In this document: positions 62,472 through 64,000 of the stretch, in pieces
How positions within the stretch are numbered: the first letter of the stretch is position 1
Layout: every line of letters starts with the position of its first letter
Assembly (NCBI GenBank): GCA_963758915.1
Contig: CAVWXH010000016.1
Span: forward strand, 160,001 to 224,000
DNA length: 64,000 bases
Origin: an uncultured Methanomicrobiales archaeon
GTDB taxonomy: Archaea; Halobacteriota; Methanomicrobia; Methanomicrobiales; Methanospirillaceae
Direction: 5' to 3'
Notes under the pieces: generated by a model
Database searches by the model: none
What the model saw: only the letters and a program-made list of their open reading frames with translations
Told to the model about the DNA's origin: nothing
Translations under genes and position numbers: made by a program

Positions 62472-63455
62472 ATGAAAAATAATCTCAGTAAAGGTTGCCG
62501 TCTCTGTCAAAAAGGAGCGAAAATGGTCCTTTTTGTCACCGGGATATGTCACCGTACCTGTTGGTATTGCCCGCTATCGGGCGAGAGAAAAGGAAAAGAT
62601 CTAACGTATGCCAATGAATGGATGATTGAAAGCCCGGAGGAAGCGATTGATGTGGCACATCGCATGAGTGCCCTTGGAACAGGAGTAACCGGAGGAGAAC
62701 CGCTCGCACGACCGGAGCGGGTAATCACCTATTGTTCACGATTAAAGGAAGAATTCGGGCCCGAACACCAGATACACCTCTATACCGGACTTGCGCCCGA
62801 CAGTGAAATGCTTAACCGCCTGGCAGGTATTGTCGATGAAATCCGGTTTCATCCACCAGAGGAGGTTTGGGATACTATCCTGACAAGTGATTATGTGGAA
62901 TCTGCCGTGAACGCAAAAGAGATGGGATTTGATATCGGCTTTGAAGTCCCGGCCCTTCCCGAAGTCGGTGTCCTCGGCCAGGCACTCCCTGTACTTGACT
63001 TCCTTAATATTAATGAGTTGGAATGGGGAGGTAACAATGCTGACGGAATGCGTGAACGTAACTATTCGCTCGAGGACGGGCTTCATAACGCAATAGAAGG
63101 AGCAAGGGAATGGGCCTCTCTTATCAGCAAAGAGGAAAAGGTCCATTTTTGCTCCTCCTCGTTCAAGGACTCAGTTCAGCTCAGAAAGCGGTTAATCCGC
63201 ATAGCCAGGAATACCGCCCGATCTTTTGATCATGTCACGAGGGACGGGACGATTATTTACGGTAATCTGGTGCCGGGTGAAAAAGATCGGGAATGGCTTA
63301 AAAGACTGAAAACAGGATCGTTTGAAGACCAGGGAGACCATGTTGAACTTTCATGGAGGGTACTGCGTTCCAGTGCAGAAACGCTTTCAGGTGAGAGTTG
63401 TATTATTGAACGGTACCCTGACCGGGGCATTATTGTCGAGGTGACACCAATTTGA
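62472..63455 (+). CDS. Radical SAM protein (archaeal COG2108-like)
   Basis: GCRLC, CHRTCWYC, TGGEP, DEIRFHP. Confidence 0.88.
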   Translation: MKNNLSKGCRLCQKGAKMVLFVTGICHRTCWYCPLSGERKGKDLTYANEWMIESPEEAIDVAHRMSALGTGVTGGEPLARPERVITYCSRLKEEFGPEHQIHLYTGLAPDSEMLNRLAGIVDEIRFHPPEEVWDTILTSDYVESAVNAKEMGFDIGFEVPALPEVGVLGQALPVLDFLNINELEWGGNNADGMRERNYSLEDGLHNAIEGAREWASLISKEEKVHFCSSSFKDSVQLRKRLIRIARNTARSFDHVTRDGTIIYGNLVPGEKDREWLKRLKTGSFEDQGDHVELSWRVLRSSAETLSGESCIIERYPDRGIIVEVTPI

Positions 63456-64000
63456 GCCTGAGATCTGCGTTAGAACCGTTGTATGAAGCACAGCTCATAC
63501 GCCAGTGTGTATACAGGCCCCGTCATATTGCCATCATACAGGATGGGAACCGGCGATATGCCAGGAATACAGGTATTGATACCGCTGATGGTCACCGGGC
63601 GGGTGCAGATGTAACAGAAAAAGTCCTTGACTGGGTGCATGAACTGGGGATCACGCATATCACCCTCTATTCTTTCTCCACAGAAAATTTCAACCGGGAC
63701 CCAGGCGAAATAGAATCCCTCTTTACACTTTTCAAAGAGAAATTTGTCAGTGTCCTGACTGATGACAGGGTGTCAAAATACCGGATACGGGTCCGGATGG
63801 TCGGGGACAGGACACTCCTGCCTGATGACTTAAAAACGGTAGTTGAGATTGCGGAAGAGGCTACAAAAGAAAATAATGATTTTTTCTTAACGATTGCCCT
63901 GGCATACGGAGGCCGGAATGAGATCCTTCATGCAGCACGGCGGATCCTTGTAAAAGTCAGTGAGGGCACCTGTACTCCGGAAGATATCACCCGTTCAATG
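63452..64000 (+). CDS. uppS: cis-Prenyltransferase (undecaprenyl diphosphate synthase), truncated by window edge
   Basis: Frame from TTG at 63452 reads PRHIAIIQDGNRRY, GH, LYSFSTENFNR, ALAYGGRNEI; not in the ORF track. Confidence 0.93.
   Translation, partial: MSLRSALEPLYEAQLIRQCVYRPRHIAIIQDGNRRYARNTGIDTADGHRAGADVTEKVLDWVHELGITHITLYSFSTENFNRDPGEIESLFTLFKEKFVSVLTDDRVSKYRIRVRMVGDRTLLPDDLKTVVEIAEEATKENNDFFLTIALAYGGRNEILHAARRILVKVSEGTCTPEDITRSM

Overview
Archaeal chromosomal DNA from a methanogen, most likely Methanomicrobiales (Methanoregula/Methanospirillum/Methanolinea-like). The assignment rests on Alba, cdrS-ftsZ, RaSEA, DGGGP synthase, AglJ, an HdrA-like protein, a chorismate-lyase/beta-RFAP-synthase fusion, PEGA and CHASE4 proteins, and split archaeal glutamate synthase. 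The window is mostly housekeeping genes, five tRNAs (Ser-TGA, Glu-CTC, Arg-CCT, Thr-CGT, Gly-CCC) and an 11-kb nitrogen-assimilation cluster (2x amtB-glnK, glnA, gltB1-3, FrhB-like) with NrpR-like operators. Five genes are split by single-base frameshifts, most of which look like sequencing errors. No CRISPR array, integrase or transposase was seen. The main leads are: (1) a two-gene module pairing a PPDK that lacks its pyruvate-binding domain with a large DUF47/PhoU-like protein; (2) a degenerate ~190-bp intergenic repeat in six copies, always sense-oriented behind a gene; (3) helically phased 11-bp repeats in the cdrS-ftsZ leader; (4) orphan small proteins and long leaders behind NrpR-like boxes; (5) a roadblock/HAMP/receiver cluster with no GTPase; (6) tRNA-Glu 3'-end remnants flanking a small islet. 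All alignments were done by eye.
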